64,000 bases of DNA, taken from the NCBI GenBank assembly GCA_963924565.1, contig OZ004612.1, forward strand, positions 2,232,001 to 2,296,000, in the 5' to 3' direction. Position numbers and translations under genes: made by a program. The DNA is from Ascidiella aspersa (lineage: Eukaryota). Positions 61,448 through 64,000 of the stretch are shown here, piece by piece (position 1 is the first letter of the stretch; every line of letters starts with the position of its first letter). The notes under the pieces are model-generated. The model saw nothing but the letters and a program-made list of their open reading frames with translations, searched no databases and was not told the DNA's origin.

Positions 61448-63039
61448 ATTTTTCCTGATTGTTTAAAGTAGCGCAAAACAGATAGAAAGCAATCGTGTTG
61501 TTTGAATATTAACTACACATCTGTTTTAACAAACTTTAAAACGACTTAAAAAAAAAAAAAAACTTACACATAATCCAAACAAAAGTGTGTTCCAGGCCAA
61601 ATATCAATTTCTAACATTAGCAGATTGCTTGTCATATTAAAAAGCAAATTGTAAACAGTGGCAACTTAGCATAAACATAACTTAAATCACCCGATTTTGA
61701 TAATTAGAATTTGTAAACGTAACAAATTTAGTTAAAACACCTGAATAATTTTACATGTGCTAAATGGGGTATTCTTTGGGAAACGTTACTTTTCTAATAA
61801 ACTACCCACTTTTAAAAAATGCATGCATTATAACTGTTTAGTGCACTCGATTTTTATGCGGCAATTTCGGAAACGTAACAAGTTTCATTTTTTTTCTTCA
61901 AACTGTTAAAAAGCTGTTTTGTGGTTCTTTATCACCGTCTAGCGGACAAACATTTATTCAACATATTTTAAAATATTTAATGATTACATCATACCTTGAT
62001 TTATGTATTGTGCTAAGCTGTAAATTATGTAACATGTTTACCTTGAAATAGCTCGAAAATATTAAGGGTCCTAATTGTTGCAGTTCAATGTGCGGTTTGG
62101 AATAATGTACCGTTGAAAAATATAAACTTAGCTGAAAGCGCCTGTAAACCTCGTTTACTTTACTCAATATACTCTAGTATTGATCCTAGCTCTGAATGGA
62201 CTGAATACTCCAGTGAACTTAACTTTTTACTGTCTCGAAACTTATAAGTAACTTCCAGCCATTATGCACCACAGTTTAACAATAGAGTAAATTTAACTAG
62301 TTTAAAAATATAAATAACAATAAATTGAGTTGTATGTTGTCCTACAAGTTGTTGTAAACTTAAAGACAAACCACGAGCATAGCAGTTGTATTGTACATTA
62401 TTATGTAAGTTTCCTGCAAGTCACATCGATTGGCACTTTAAAATGAACAACTATAATTCAATTCCTGAAAATTCCACCCGAAACTCACCTTAAGGCAATC
62501 AATTAGTTGCCAATCAACCATTGAGTTCTTGTGGCTTCCAGCATGCTTTGGGCTGCAAAGAAGTCAGTTTGTTGCAACAATTCGACAAACCTTGTTCATT
62601 TGAGCGTTTCTACAGCGAGCCTTGGTTGAAGAAAGAGTTGTTGCAGTAATTTAAGTGAAGAAAACCGCTAACTTTTATGTTTACCTTCAGTTAGTATTTA
62701 TTATACTTTGTTGTTGCATCGCATGGCCGATGTGTTTTACTTAAGGTTATACAAGTGTAAGATATATTGCCAGTTATTTGTACAGCTGATATTTTCATAT
62801 CTACTAATATTTTGTTGTTGGTTTTTTGTTATGTATAATATATATTTTTTTAAGTTTATGAAAGGCGGATTATGTGTTCACTTTGTTTGGTGGTTGATTG
62901 TCATTTTATGCCTTGGTCGTTAGATAGAAGGTTTCATTGACATCTTTGGGTTGTTAGCTTTTATTTTTGGATACATTTTGCTGCGGTTTTAATTTGTAGT
63001 ACGATTTTAGCTTGTCCTTTTTGTTTTTGAAATATTTTG

Positions 63040-64000
63040 TTTTATCTTTTTTGTTGTTCGAAGGATTTTGTTTCTGTCTTTTTTGGGTATTTGAAAGCTA
63101 TATTTTGTTTTTGTCTTTCTTGGTTGTTTGAAGCATTTTGTGTTGTCTTTTTTTGTTGTTCGAAGCATTTTTTTTTGTCTTTTTGGAGTATTTGAAAGCT
63201 ATATTTTGTTTTTGTTTTTCTTGGCTGTTTGAAGCATTTTGTATTGTCTTTTTTGGTTATTTGAAAGCTATATTTTGTTTTTGTCTTTCTTGGTTGTTTG
63301 AAGCATTTTGTGTTGTCTTTTTTGTTGTTCGAAGGAGTTTGTTTTTGTATTTTTTGGGTTTTTGAAAGCAATACTTTGTTTTTGTCTTTCTTGATTATTT
63401 GAAAGCTATATTTTGTTTTTGTCTTTCTTGGTTGTTTGAAGCATTTTGTGTTGTCTTTTTCTGTTGTTCGAAGGATTTTGTTTTTGTCTTTTTTGGGTAT
63501 TTGAAAGCTATATTTTGTTTTTGTCTTTCTTGGTTGTTTGAAGCATTTTGTGTTGTCTTTTTTTGCTGTTCGAAGGATTTTGTTTTTGTCGTTTTTGGTT
63601 ATTTGAAAGCTATATTTTGTTTTTGTCTTTCTTGGTTGTTTGAAGCATTTTGTATTGTCTTTTTTTGTTGTTAGAAGGATTTTGTTTTTGTCTTTTTTGG
63701 TTATTTGAAAGCTATATTTTGTTTTTGTCTTTCTTGGTTGTTTGAAGCATTTTGTGTTGTCTTTTTTGTTGTTCGACGGATTTTGTTTTTGTCTTTTTTG
63801 GATATTTGAAAGCAATACTTTGTTTTTGTCTTTCTTGATTATTTCAAAGCTATATTTTGTTTTTGTCTTTCTTGGTTGTTTGAAGCATTTTGTGTTGTCT
63901 TTTTTTGCTTTTGTCTTTTTTGGGTATTTGCAAGCTATATTTTGTTTTTGTCTTTTTTGGGTATTTGAAAGCTATATTTTGTTTTTGTCTTTCTTGGTTG
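63040..64000. repeat. T-rich satellite with a ~102-bp higher-order unit of three 32-37 bp subunits; continues past the window end
   Basis: GAAAGCTATA recurs at 63401, 63503, 63605 and 63707. Confidence 0.9.

Noticed and set aside
63042-63815. 257-aa Lys-rich ORF and opposite-strand Phe/Cys-rich ORFs
   Set aside because: By-product of a 102-bp satellite; the frame breaks where unit length varies and the paralogous repeat at 4050-5170 has no such ORF.
1-64000. Bacterial contig or contamination
   Set aside because: Low gene density, splice signals and animal transposon families are interleaved with the genes.

Overview
AT-rich eukaryotic DNA, probably from an invertebrate animal (GT-AG splice signals; Penelope, BEL/Pao and hAT relics; no operons). 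The window is dominated by a head-to-tail minus-strand array of six ~3.0-kb paralogs with intronless coding regions (ATGs at 1100, 14643, 23542, 37699, 49400, 61078), plus fragments of further lost copies. Each encodes a ~1010-aa protein: a short helical N-terminus, a GlnD/GlnE/DUF294-type nucleotidyltransferase (VG[M/I]GSLARNEITPYSDFE = G-x11-D-x-E) with its helical partner domain, and ~500 aa of TPR-like repeats. The enzyme half is nearly invariant between copies while the TPR half is strongly diverged and mosaic. Two copies are intact, one runs off the window edge, one has a single nonsense codon, one has a 1-bp frameshift, and one has two frameshifts plus an in-frame deletion of the catalytic motif. 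My inference is a bacterial-type NTase-TPR sensor/enzyme family under birth-and-death evolution, possibly in innate immunity; the function is not shown by the sequence. The spacers hold a 5'-truncated Penelope-like element with a minimal hammerhead ribozyme, a second orphan hammerhead, hAT MITEs with target-site duplications, a probable CACTA-like end, co-duplicated BEL/Pao integrase fragments, a conserved CCAAT/E-box/CRE module and several minisatellites. All alignments and counts were done by eye.
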